NCBI GenBank assembly: GCA_001873465.1 | Contig: MNZE01000025.1 | Span: 1-35,457 of the forward strand | DNA from: Parcubacteria group bacterium CG2_30_36_38 | GTDB lineage: Bacteria; Patescibacteriota; Patescibacteriia; UBA2591; CG2-30-36-38 | Direction: 5' to 3' | Length of the DNA stretch: 35,457 nucleotides | Shown: piece after piece, positions 9,309 to 16,354 of the stretch | Position numbering within the stretch: position 1 is the stretch's first letter | How the letters are laid out: each line of letters opens with the position of its first letter | Translations under genes and position numbers: made by a program | Notes under the pieces: generated by a model | What the model was told of the DNA's origin: nothing | The model's input: only the letters and a program-made list of their open reading frames with translations | The model's database searches: none

Positions 9309-9992
9309 TTAAAATTTCAGAAAACCTTTAATTGCTTTTTTTGCCGCTTTTATTTCTGCTTCTTTTTTACTTTTTCCTGAAGCAACGCTTAGGTTTTTAT
9401 TATTTACCCTGACAGCCACGCTAAAAGTTCTGTTATGGGGAGGCCCTTCTTCTTTGATAACCTGATAATGAGGCAGGGTTTTAAATTTTTCTTGAGTTAT
9501 TTCCTGAAGATAATTTTTAGGATTTTTTATTTCTTTTTTTTCAGTTAAAGTGGAAATCTTTGAACTTAATTTATCTTTTAGAAAATCTATGGCCTTCTTT
9601 GAACCTTTATCTAAATAAATAGCCCCAATTAGGGCTTCATAGGCATTGGCTAGAAGATATTTTTTTGTTTCTCCGCGTAATTTCACGCCTTTGCCTAAAT
9701 AAAGATATTGGTCAAGATTGAGACGAGAGGCGAGTTCGTAAAGGTTTTTTTTGTCAACCAGGTTTGTTTTAATGATGGTGAGATCACCTTCTGGTTTATC
9801 AAGAAGCCGGTAGAGCAGGTCGCTTGTAATAAAGCCTAAAACTGCGTCACCTAAAAACTCTAATCTTTCGTTATCTTCAAGTCTTTCTAAAGGATTCTCT
9901 TTTACGAAAGAACTGTGAGTTAAGGCAATTTTTAGAAGATCTTTATTTTTGAATTTAAATCCTATTTTTTTTTCTAAATTTTCTAATTTTTC
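9309..9992 (-). CDS. rnc: ribonuclease III
   Basis: Signature ERLEFLGDAVLG, EALIGAIYLD, and a C-terminal dsRBD (DPKNYLQE-like ...NPKNYLQEITQ...GPPHNRTFSVAV...GKSKKEAEIKAAKKA). Start set at MEKLENLEK (ATG 9992), because the longer ORF (to 10058) runs through a tRNA gene. Confidence 0.9.
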   Translation of the reverse strand, partial: EKLENLEKKIGFKFKNKDLLKIALTHSSFVKENPLERLEDNERLEFLGDAVLGFITSDLLYRLLDKPEGDLTIIKTNLVDKKNLYELASRLNLDQYLYLGKGVKLRGETKKYLLANAYEALIGAIYLDKGSKKAIDFLKDKLSSKISTLTEKKEIKNPKNYLQEITQEKFKTLPHYQVIKEEGPPHNRTFSVAVRVNNKNLSVASGKSKKEAEIKAAKKAIKGFLKF

Positions 9993-10016
9993 CATAATAA
10001 TAGGGCATTTATAAAA

Positions 10017-10088
10017 AGCGGGAGAGCGGGATCGGACCGCCAACCTTTCCCTTGGCAAGGGAACGTTCTACCATTGAACTACTCCCGC
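10017..10088 (-). tRNA. tRNA-Gly (anticodon GCC), CCA not encoded
   Basis: The reverse complement folds as GCGGGAG/UA/GUUC-AAUGGUA-GAAC/G/UUCCC-UUGCCAA-GGGAA/AGGUU/GGCGG-UCCGAUC-CCGCU/CUCCCGC/U. The cloverleaf was derived by hand. The T loop has C at position 55. Confidence 0.85.
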
Positions 10089-10127
10089 ATTCTTATTATT
10101 TTACCCCTTTTTGTCGTCTTCGTCAAT

Positions 10128-10649
10128 TTAAAGTTTTTCTAAAATTTTTAATTCTAACTTATTAGCCTCTGTATCATAAGTTGCAAAAGTGGCTTTATAA
10201 AACATACCAGCCAAATTACCAGGATTAGCCAAATAAACAACCTTTTGGTCTCGGCCCTTAGTTTTTATCTCTTCTATCCAAGGTTTATGAGTGTGACCAT
10301 AAAAAACTAAATCATAAAGACCAGAGGTGGCCAATTTTTTACCTTCATCCGGCTTATGGACAAAAGCAATTTTTTTACCTTTTACTTCGATTCGGCCAAA
10401 ATCTCCGTGGAGTTTAACGTTCTTAAATTCTTGCACTTTTTTAGACAACAACTCCCGGTCTCCGACATTTCCATGAATAAGATGAATTTCGCCGTAAAAA
10501 TTGGGCGCCAAAACTTCTGTCAAAATCGATGGCGCACAAAGATCACCACAGTGAATAATTAAAGAAACGCCCTCAGCTTTAAGCCAAGCTAGAGCTTTTT
10601 CTAAATTAGGAATATTATCATGAGAGTCAGAGATGATAGCTAAGCGCAT
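10128..10649 (-). CDS. YfcE/MJ0936-family metallophosphoesterase
   Basis: Calcineurin-like motifs: ISDSHDN, HCGDL, HGNVGD and GHTHKPW. Length is 173 aa. Confidence 0.8.
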   Translation of the reverse strand: MRLAIISDSHDNIPNLEKALAWLKAEGVSLIIHCGDLCAPSILTEVLAPNFYGEIHLIHGNVGDRELLSKKVQEFKNVKLHGDFGRIEVKGKKIAFVHKPDEGKKLATSGLYDLVFYGHTHKPWIEEIKTKGRDQKVVYLANPGNLAGMFYKATFATYDTEANKLELKILEKL

Positions 10650-11923
10650 ATTTTTTTTAAATATTCTATCGTCTTTCGATTAATAATTGTATTTTCTAAA
10701 TAATTTTTAAAATCTTCTTTATCTAAGGAATCAAGGATTTCTTTTTTATCTGCATAAATTCGCTTTAATCTTTCTTTTTCTTCTTCCAATTCTTTTTCTT
10801 CAACGTTTATTTTTTCTTTTAAGGCAACTTCTCGGATAATTAAGGCAGCTTTAATTCTTTCTTCGGCCTGGGGAACAAATTCTTTTTTTAATTCGTCCTT
10901 TGTTTTTTTCATCATGTTTAAATAATCTGAGAATTCAAGCTTGAGTATATTTTTTACTGATTCCTCCATCTCTATCATCATTTTTGTTAGCTCTTTTTCA
11001 ATCAGAATGTTAGGAATTTCTTCAAATTCAGATTGACCTGCTATCTCTTTTAAAATTTCAAGTTCAAACTTTTGTTCTGTTTTTCCTTTTTTTTCTTCCA
11101 AAAGATTGTTTTTAATTTGATTTTTTAATTCCTCTATGTTTTTAAATCCACCCAAGCTTTGAGCAAAAGAGTCGTCAAGCGGAGGGAGTTCCCGTGAGAA
11201 AATTTCTTTAATTTTCACTTTAAAATCTATTCTTTTGCCGGCCAATTTTTTATCCAGGTAATCTGAAGGATAATCAAGGGCGAATTCTCTCATCTCGTTT
11301 ATCTTGGCGTCAACAAGATTCTGGGAAAATTCTTTTAGATAATAATTTTTTCCCAAGATAAAAACAGCGTCTTTCTGAGTCCCATTTTCAAGAGTCGCTC
11401 CCTCAAAAAACATTTCAATATCAGCCTTGACGAGATCGCCTATTACCCCCGGCGACTCTTTTCTTATTTGCTTTGCCCTTGATTCTTGTAGGTTTTCTAA
11501 AAATTTTTTGATCTCCTCTTCTTTAATTTCAGATATTTCTTTTTTTGTTTTAATTTTTTTAAAATTAGCCAATTTAACTTTGGGAATTAAGGCGAAATTA
11601 AGCTTAAAAATCAATTCGTTTTCTGGCGCAACCTTTTCGAGAGCGACTTGGGGTGGGGCAGCTATTTCAACATTCAGTTTTTTAATGATCTCACCATATT
11701 TTTCCTCAATAGCCAAAGAAACTGCTTCGTCTGTAATTTTATATTCTCCCACTTCAAGCCTGACAAGAGGAAGAGGGGCTGCTCCTCGTCTGAACCCCGG
11801 CAAGGTGAATGAAGCGGCTATTTTTTCCAAAGCTTTAAGATAAAATGGCTTCATTTCTTCTTCAGAAAGAGTGACTTTAGCTTCCAAAATATTTTTGGGT
11901 AATTTTTGGGTTTCAATTTTCAT
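10640..11923 (-). CDS. tig: trigger factor
   Basis: N-terminal ribosome-binding signature PGFRRGAAP, with the length and E/K-rich C-terminal arm typical of Tig. It overlaps the downstream gene by 10 nt. Confidence 0.85.
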   Translation of the reverse strand: MKIETQKLPKNILEAKVTLSEEEMKPFYLKALEKIAASFTLPGFRRGAAPLPLVRLEVGEYKITDEAVSLAIEEKYGEIIKKLNVEIAAPPQVALEKVAPENELIFKLNFALIPKVKLANFKKIKTKKEISEIKEEEIKKFLENLQESRAKQIRKESPGVIGDLVKADIEMFFEGATLENGTQKDAVFILGKNYYLKEFSQNLVDAKINEMREFALDYPSDYLDKKLAGKRIDFKVKIKEIFSRELPPLDDSFAQSLGGFKNIEELKNQIKNNLLEEKKGKTEQKFELEILKEIAGQSEFEEIPNILIEKELTKMMIEMEESVKNILKLEFSDYLNMMKKTKDELKKEFVPQAEERIKAALIIREVALKEKINVEEKELEEEKERLKRIYADKKEILDSLDKEDFKNYLENTIINRKTIEYLKKICA

Positions 11924-11933
11924 GTTTCAAAAT

Positions 11934-12356
11934 TTAGTTTAGACTTTTTTCTTTTATTTGTTTTAAAATTTTTTTTGTTTTAGGCCAAGTTAATTTTTTT
12001 AAAGCCGTCTTTTTATCAGCCCATAAATACTTATCATGTTCAACGACTTTTTGTTTTAAAGATACTTTTTCATTCATATCCGCTCTAACTAAAAAAATAT
12101 CAACAATAGCGTATTTCTTTCCTAATGCTTCCCATTTTTCTTTTTTGCCTAAACTTTTAATTATTTTGAAATTTTTTAACCTTGTTTCTTCTCCGATTTC
12201 TCTTTTTAGGGTTTGCCGCCGTGTTTCTCCTTTTCTGGTTGTTCCTTTAAGCGGTTCCCATCCTTTCCAGCGCAGAACGCGATGAAGAATTAAAAAATAA
12301 GGCTTTTTGCCTTTTAAATCATAAATAATAGCCTGAACTTTTTTTATTGTTTTCAT
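11934..12356 (-). CDS. NUDIX hydrolase
   Basis: Nudix box GTTRKGETRRQTLKREIGEETRL (GX5EX7REUXEEXGU pattern). The start overlaps the nusA stop in an ATGA arrangement. Confidence 0.75.
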   Translation of the reverse strand: MKTIKKVQAIIYDLKGKKPYFLILHRVLRWKGWEPLKGTTRKGETRRQTLKREIGEETRLKNFKIIKSLGKKEKWEALGKKYAIVDIFLVRADMNEKVSLKQKVVEHDKYLWADKKTALKKLTWPKTKKILKQIKEKSLN

Positions 12357-13546
12357 AAAGGTTTTTCTGGCTCAACTTTTTCTTCGGTCTGTTCTTTAAC
12401 TTGTCCTTCAACTTGTTTTTCTTCAGGCATTTTTTCTTCTCCTTCTTGCTGAAGTTCAATTTTATAACCCGTTAATTCAGAGGCTAAATGGAGATTCAAC
12501 CCCCTTCTGCCAATCGCTAAAGCCATTTGGTCTTTTGCCGCTTTGACTTTCGCTATTTTATTCTCCTCGTCCAATTCTAAAGAAATAATTTTTGCTGGCG
12601 AAAGAGCATTGGCAACAAACTTTTTAAGATCGTCTTTATATTCAATCACGTCGATTCTTTCATTATTTAAGCCGGCGGCAATAGTTTGAATCCTGATGCC
12701 TCTTTGACCTATTGATGCGCCGACTGGGTCTAAGTTTTTTTCTGAAGTAAAAACTGCCACCTTCGATCTTATACCCGGTTCTCTGGCAATTTTTTTAATT
12801 TCCACTGCCCCAGAAGAAACTTCCGGGATTTCAGAAAAGAATAAATGCTTAAGGATTTCTGTGTGTCGCCGGGAGATTATAACTTTCGGTTCCCGACTGG
12901 TTGGTGAGACTTTGAGAATATAAAATTTGAATCTTAGGCCGGTAAGATAGTTTTCCCCCTCAATTTGCTCGTCAGGGGGCAGGAGGGCAGTCACATTGTC
13001 TATATTAACCAAAACAAGCAGGCCTGATCTTTTTTGAACCACTCCTTCAACTACGCTTCCTTCTTTCCCTTTAAATTTTTCAAAAGTCATATCTCTTTCC
13101 AGCTCTTTTAATCTTTGGATAATTACTTGTTTTGCTGTCTGGGCGGCAATTCTGCCAAAGGCGCTGGGAACAGGGAGTTCTGTTTTTATTTCATCTCCGA
13201 TTTTAAATTTCTTTTTGGGATAAAGTTTCTTCGCTTCGGAAATTTCTATCTCTGTTTTCGGATTAAATTTTTTCTCTTCTTTTTCTTCTGTTTCTTCTTT
13301 TATTTCCTCTGCTGCTTCTTCTTTTGGTAAGGCCTTCTCTTGGTCTTCAGCCACTATTTTGATGTCAAAAACTTTAATTTTTCCCGTAGCCGGGTCAAAG
13401 TTTACTTTGAGATTTTGATTCTTTAGGCCAAAATCTTTGCGATAAGCAGCAGCTAAAGCATACTCCAAGGTTTCCAAAACTTTTTCCTTAGGTATTTTTC
13501 TTTCTTGACAAATTTGTTCAATTAGTTCTAAAATTGTTTTTTCCAT
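12353..13546 (-). CDS. nusA: transcription termination/antitermination factor NusA
   Basis: N-terminal domain (ICQERKIPKEKVLETLEYALAAAYRK), an S1 domain, and two KH domains (GASIGQRGIRIQ, ALAIGRRGLNLHLASELTG). Confidence 0.9.
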   Translation of the reverse strand: MEKTILELIEQICQERKIPKEKVLETLEYALAAAYRKDFGLKNQNLKVNFDPATGKIKVFDIKIVAEDQEKALPKEEAAEEIKEETEEKEEKKFNPKTEIEISEAKKLYPKKKFKIGDEIKTELPVPSAFGRIAAQTAKQVIIQRLKELERDMTFEKFKGKEGSVVEGVVQKRSGLLVLVNIDNVTALLPPDEQIEGENYLTGLRFKFYILKVSPTSREPKVIISRRHTEILKHLFFSEIPEVSSGAVEIKKIAREPGIRSKVAVFTSEKNLDPVGASIGQRGIRIQTIAAGLNNERIDVIEYKDDLKKFVANALSPAKIISLELDEENKIAKVKAAKDQMALAIGRRGLNLHLASELTGYKIELQQEGEEKMPEEKQVEGQVKEQTEEKVEPEKPL

Positions 13547-13562
13547 AAAAAATGATTAAAAT

Positions 13563-13585
13563 ATCTAGCTTGATTTAAGCTAGAT
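13563..13585 (-). promoter_or_regulatory. perfect 9-bp inverted repeat (hairpin) in the predicted nusA leader
   Basis: atctagctt-gattt-aagctagat. On the minus-strand RNA it is followed by AUUUUAAUCAUUUUUU and then the nusA AUG. Confidence 0.45.
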
Positions 13586-13603
13586 TTAATCTTCATAATA
13601 TTT

Positions 13604-13631
13604 ATTATAATATTTGATTTAAAACTGTCAA
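13604..13631 (-). promoter_or_regulatory. sigma70-type promoter for nusA (TTGACA-16-TATAAT on the minus strand)
   Basis: The reverse complement reads TTGACA gttttaaatcaaatat TATAAT. Both hexamers are consensus. Confidence 0.6.
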
Positions 13632-13654
13632 CCCCTTCCCTTTCCCATTCCTTT

Positions 13655-13663
13655 TGTTATAAT
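13655..13663 (+). promoter_or_regulatory. extended -10 element (TGtTATAAT), 6 nt upstream of the methyltransferase ATG
   Basis: tgttataat then aatcac then ATG(13670). The -35 is weak. The geometry fits a leaderless transcript. Confidence 0.45.
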
Positions 13664-13669
13664 AATCAC

Positions 13670-14236
13670 ATGAAGGCAGAAACACTTAAAATTCCAGGCG
13701 GGAAAGAGTTGATTGATGTGGTAAAGGTTTTTGAAGCGCTTGGAATTGCTGAGAAAATGAAAATAGCTGATTTAGGCTGTGGCCGGCGGGGTCATTTCTC
13801 TTTGCAAGCAGCTAAACTAGTTGGGACAAAGGGTATTGTCTACGCCATTGATATTTTACAGCCAGCCCTTAAAAGCGTAGAAAGTCTAGCAAGTCTTTTT
13901 GGCATCAATAACCTCAAAACAATTTGGGCAGACTTAGAAGTGCCTGGAGGGATGAACTTAGAAACAGAAAGTATTGATTTAGTTCTTCTTAATAATATCC
14001 TTTTCCAAACAAAGAAACACGAAATAATTTTAGCTGAAGCAAAGAGAATCCTAAGGCGAGGCGGCAAGCTATTGGTGACTGAATGGGAAAAAACCGGAGC
14101 TCCTTTTGGCCCTGAACCAGAGAAGAGAGTTGATAAAGAAAAGGTAAAAAAAATAGCAGAAAGCGTTGGATTGGTTTTTGAGAAGGAAATAAAACCTGGG
14201 CCTTATCACTATTCTTTAATTTTTCTGAAAAAATAA
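13670..14236 (+). CDS. class I SAM-dependent methyltransferase
   Basis: Motif I IADLGCGRRG, followed by the LVLLNNILF and GGKLLV motifs of the Rossmann-fold MTase. Confidence 0.75.
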   Translation: MKAETLKIPGGKELIDVVKVFEALGIAEKMKIADLGCGRRGHFSLQAAKLVGTKGIVYAIDILQPALKSVESLASLFGINNLKTIWADLEVPGGMNLETESIDLVLLNNILFQTKKHEIILAEAKRILRRGGKLLVTEWEKTGAPFGPEPEKRVDKEKVKKIAESVGLVFEKEIKPGPYHYSLIFLKK

Positions 14237-14254
14237 CAATTTGTCTTAAAGAGG

Positions 14255-14282
14255 TTGACATTTTTAAGTGGTCTGTTATAAT
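14255..14282 (+). promoter_or_regulatory. sigma70-type promoter with extended -10 (TTGACA-16-TGtTATAAT) for the RRM protein gene
   Basis: ttgaca tttttaagtggtctgt tataat, with consensus hexamers plus TGn. Confidence 0.6.
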
Positions 14283-14380
14283 ATATTTAGATTGAAGGTT
14301 AGTCGGTTCTCTGTCTTGTAGGAGACTTTGGCTGACAAAGGTCGGCCTTTAATTCTTAATTAAAAATATAACCCTATAAA

Positions 14381-14671
14381 ATGGAAAACAAACTTTATGT
14401 AGGCGGTCTTTCTTTCCAAACGACTGACGAAGGATTAAAAGATTTCTTTGCTCAGGCTGGCACAGTTAATTCAGCTAAGGTCATTATAGATAAAATGACC
14501 GGCAAATCGAGAGGATTCGGCTTTGTGGAAATGTCTTCTGGAGAAGAAGCTGACAAAGCTGTTGAAATGTGCAATGGCAAAGAATTGGATGGCAGAACTC
14601 TAAAAGTAGATAAAGCCAGACCAATGCAAGAAGGACGTCCTAGAGGTAGTTTTAGATCTAATCGATACTAA
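14381..14671 (+). CDS. RRM-type (RNP-1/RNP-2) RNA-binding protein
   Basis: RNP-2 KLYVGGL and RNP-1 RGFGFVEM, with a short R/G-rich tail. Length is 96 aa. Confidence 0.9.
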   Translation: MENKLYVGGLSFQTTDEGLKDFFAQAGTVNSAKVIIDKMTGKSRGFGFVEMSSGEEADKAVEMCNGKELDGRTLKVDKARPMQEGRPRGSFRSNRY

Positions 14672-14693
14672 AAATACTCTTAATCAAAAAAAA

Positions 14694-14726
14694 TCGACCC
14701 CGCTTAGCGGGGCCGATTTTTATTTT
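14694..14726. terminator. bidirectional rho-independent terminator between convergent genes
   Basis: tcgaccccg-cttag-cggggccga stem-loop, flanked by an A-run upstream and tttttatttt downstream. Confidence 0.7.
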
Positions 14727-14744
14727 GCTTTTATTTTTATTTTT

Positions 14745-15068
14745 TTACTTTAATAATTTGATTCCCAAACCAGCAATTTGGGTCCCACTGAAAATTAAGA
14801 TTGCCGCCCAAAGTGACCAAGAAATCAAATTTAATAATCGAGGCACAGAATCAGTCGGCAGCATTTTTTGCAGTTGTTCTCCCACGGCTTTCCCCATTTC
14901 CTGTTCTACTCCCCCTGGTTTCTCAGTAATTGTTTGGGCTTGAGTCTTGAAAATTTCTGGCGCTGTTTCCTTGGCCGTGAAAATCTTAAAAGAAGAATAG
15001 AGGCCATAAATGATGATAGCGACGCCGATAATTAGCAAGATTAAGCCAAATATTTTATTAGTTTTCAT
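14745..15068 (-). CDS. hypothetical small membrane protein (two predicted TM helices)
   Basis: Hydrophobic N-terminal (IFGLILLIIGVAIIIYGLY) and C-terminal (LISWSLWAAILIFSGTQIAGLGI) segments. No family was recognised. Confidence 0.6.
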   Translation of the reverse strand: MKTNKIFGLILLIIGVAIIIYGLYSSFKIFTAKETAPEIFKTQAQTITEKPGGVEQEMGKAVGEQLQKMLPTDSVPRLLNLISWSLWAAILIFSGTQIAGLGIKLLK

Positions 15069-15227
15069 AGATTTTAAAGTTACTTATCCACATCCCTTTC
15101 TTTCTATTGTTATTTTATCAAGAACCCCTGGAACTGCAAGACATTGGTACCCGAGAAGGAGCGAAGGGGCTGAAAGCGCAATGTGGTTCGACGAACGAAG
15201 CGAGGAGAAAGTCAGGCAGAGGCGGGC

Positions 15228-15590
15228 TTATCCTAATTTAATCAATTTCGAAACAGTAACTAAAATTGCTCCTTTAGTTGGCAGACCTTTATTTTCCGGT
15301 ATCTTTTCAATAAAAGTTTTCCATTTTCCGCTTGCAAAATATTCGGTGGTGCCAACTAATTTTACGCCATTCCATTCTTTATCCCAAACAGCGAGGCAAA
15401 CATTATTGTTTTTTTCTAGATTTTCTTTTGTTTGCCTCATATAATTATCAGTAACAAGAATTTGATTTTTTGAAACAACTTTAACATAGGCAACGCCAAT
15501 TACATTAGGTTTGCCAGCGTCATCAAGGGTAGCAAAAGCAAGAGGATTTTCTTCAATAAATTTTTTTATTTCGGAATTGATTTCTACCAT
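15228..15590 (-). CDS. pyridoxamine 5'-phosphate oxidase-like FMN-binding split-barrel family protein
   Basis: KKFIEENPLAFATLDDAGKPNVIGVAYVKVV...ILVTDNYMRQTKENLEKNNNVCLAVWD is typical of small PNPOx-like proteins. Confidence 0.65.
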   Translation of the reverse strand: MVEINSEIKKFIEENPLAFATLDDAGKPNVIGVAYVKVVSKNQILVTDNYMRQTKENLEKNNNVCLAVWDKEWNGVKLVGTTEYFASGKWKTFIEKIPENKGLPTKGAILVTVSKLIKLG

Positions 15591-15701
15591 AAGTTTGATT
15601 TTTTAAAACGGGAATGAATAAGGTGTTTTTTGTTATATGACTCCGTACCAGTTGGAACCAGATTATTGCCTATTTACAATATTTTAATGGGACATTCTGT
15701 A

Positions 15702-15983
15702 CTATTTAAATCTAAACTTTCTTCTTAACGAAAGAACAGCTAATCCATACCTATTAATTTGTTTTTTCGGCCAAAATTTTTCCGTAGTTTTTGTATTAAT
15801 GGTAAATAGTATTTCGCATTCCAACTTTCTACCGCTTAGTTCTTGTTTGCCCGGTTTCTGTTCTAACAATACAAGGGTGTCGCCAGACTTATATTTAAAA
15901 TCGGCTAAGCGAATTTCAAATTGCTTGCGTCCTTCCAATAAGGCTTCAAAATATTCGTGCTGAACTTTCTTGAATATTTTCAT
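15702..15983 (-). CDS. ASCH/DUF3850-like small PUA-fold protein
   Basis: HEYFEALLEGRKQFEIRLADFKYKSGDTLVLLE resembles the DUF3850 (ASCH-like) core. Length is 93 aa. Confidence 0.6.
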   Translation of the reverse strand: MKIFKKVQHEYFEALLEGRKQFEIRLADFKYKSGDTLVLLEQKPGKQELSGRKLECEILFTINTKTTEKFWPKKQINRYGLAVLSLRRKFRFK

Positions 15984-16012
15984 AGATATGCGTAGATATA
16001 AACAAATTCAAG

Positions 16013-16084
16013 TGGACTCGGCCGGATTCGAACCGGCGACTTCTGCATTGCAAATGCAGCGTTCTACCACTGAACTACGAGCCC
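16013..16084 (-). tRNA. tRNA-Ala (anticodon UGC), CCA not encoded
   Basis: GGGCUCG/UA/GUUC-AGUGGUA-GAAC/G/CUGCA-UUUGCAA-UGCAG/AAGUC/GCCGG-UUCGAAU-CCGGC/CGAGUCC/A. The G3:U70 alanine identity pair is present. Confidence 0.9.
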
Positions 16085-16085
16085 A

Positions 16086-16328
16086 TTATAAGCCGAACAT
16101 TTTGCCGAGCGTGGCGGAGAGCAAAGTGTTCCAAAGACCGACCATCACAGTAAAGCCGAGTAAAATGACCAAAACACCTAAAATTTTAAAAAATAGTCTT
16201 GTGCCTCCTTCGGTACCCAAATATCTTTCTGCCCAGCCAATCGGCCCGGTTATTCTATAAAAAGTTTCTGACTTTATTGTCAGAAGCGCGCCGACAACCA
16301 CCAGAATAAGACCAAGGATAATGTTCAT
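16086..16328 (-). CDS. hypothetical small membrane protein (80 aa, two TM helices)
   Basis: IILGLILVVVGALLTI and LFFKILGVLVILLGFTVMVGLW. The stop codon lies 1 nt from the tRNA-Ala 5' end. Confidence 0.6.
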   Translation of the reverse strand: MNIILGLILVVVGALLTIKSETFYRITGPIGWAERYLGTEGGTRLFFKILGVLVILLGFTVMVGLWNTLLSATLGKMFGL

Positions 16329-16354
16329 AAGAAAAAATTAAATTTTTAAGTAAA

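Noticed and set aside
9993-10058. N-terminal extension of the rnc ORF (MPRERLAVRSRSPAFYKCPII...).
   Set aside because: The extension runs through tRNA-Gly(GCC). The conserved RNase III sequence begins at MEKLENLEK.
15166-15200. tmRNA-like 5' motif: GGGGCUGAAAGCGCAAUGUGGUUCGACGAACG resembles the GGGGCUGA...GGAUUCGACGGG start of ssrA.
   Set aside because: The spacer between GGGGCUG and GGUUCGAC is too long. No matching 3' acceptor strand, T arm or CCA and no tag reading frame follow. The next about 360 nt are occupied by a well-formed minus-strand CDS (PNPOx-like). I treat the resemblance as coincidental and keep the region only as an unexplained GC-rich island.
15010-15444. 144-aa plus-strand ORF spanning the GC-rich island.
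   Set aside because: It overlaps two better-supported minus-strand genes antisense, has no recognisable motif, and has odd composition. It is most likely a shadow ORF.
15970-16260. 96-aa plus-strand ORF, and the N-terminal extension of the 17235..18590 ORF. Both contain the peptide GFEPA.
   Set aside because: Both are translations through the antisense of tRNA T arms (gccggattcgaaccggcg, shared by tRNA-Ala and tRNA-Pro). The first also lies antisense to the membrane ORF. rarA was trimmed to start at 17373.
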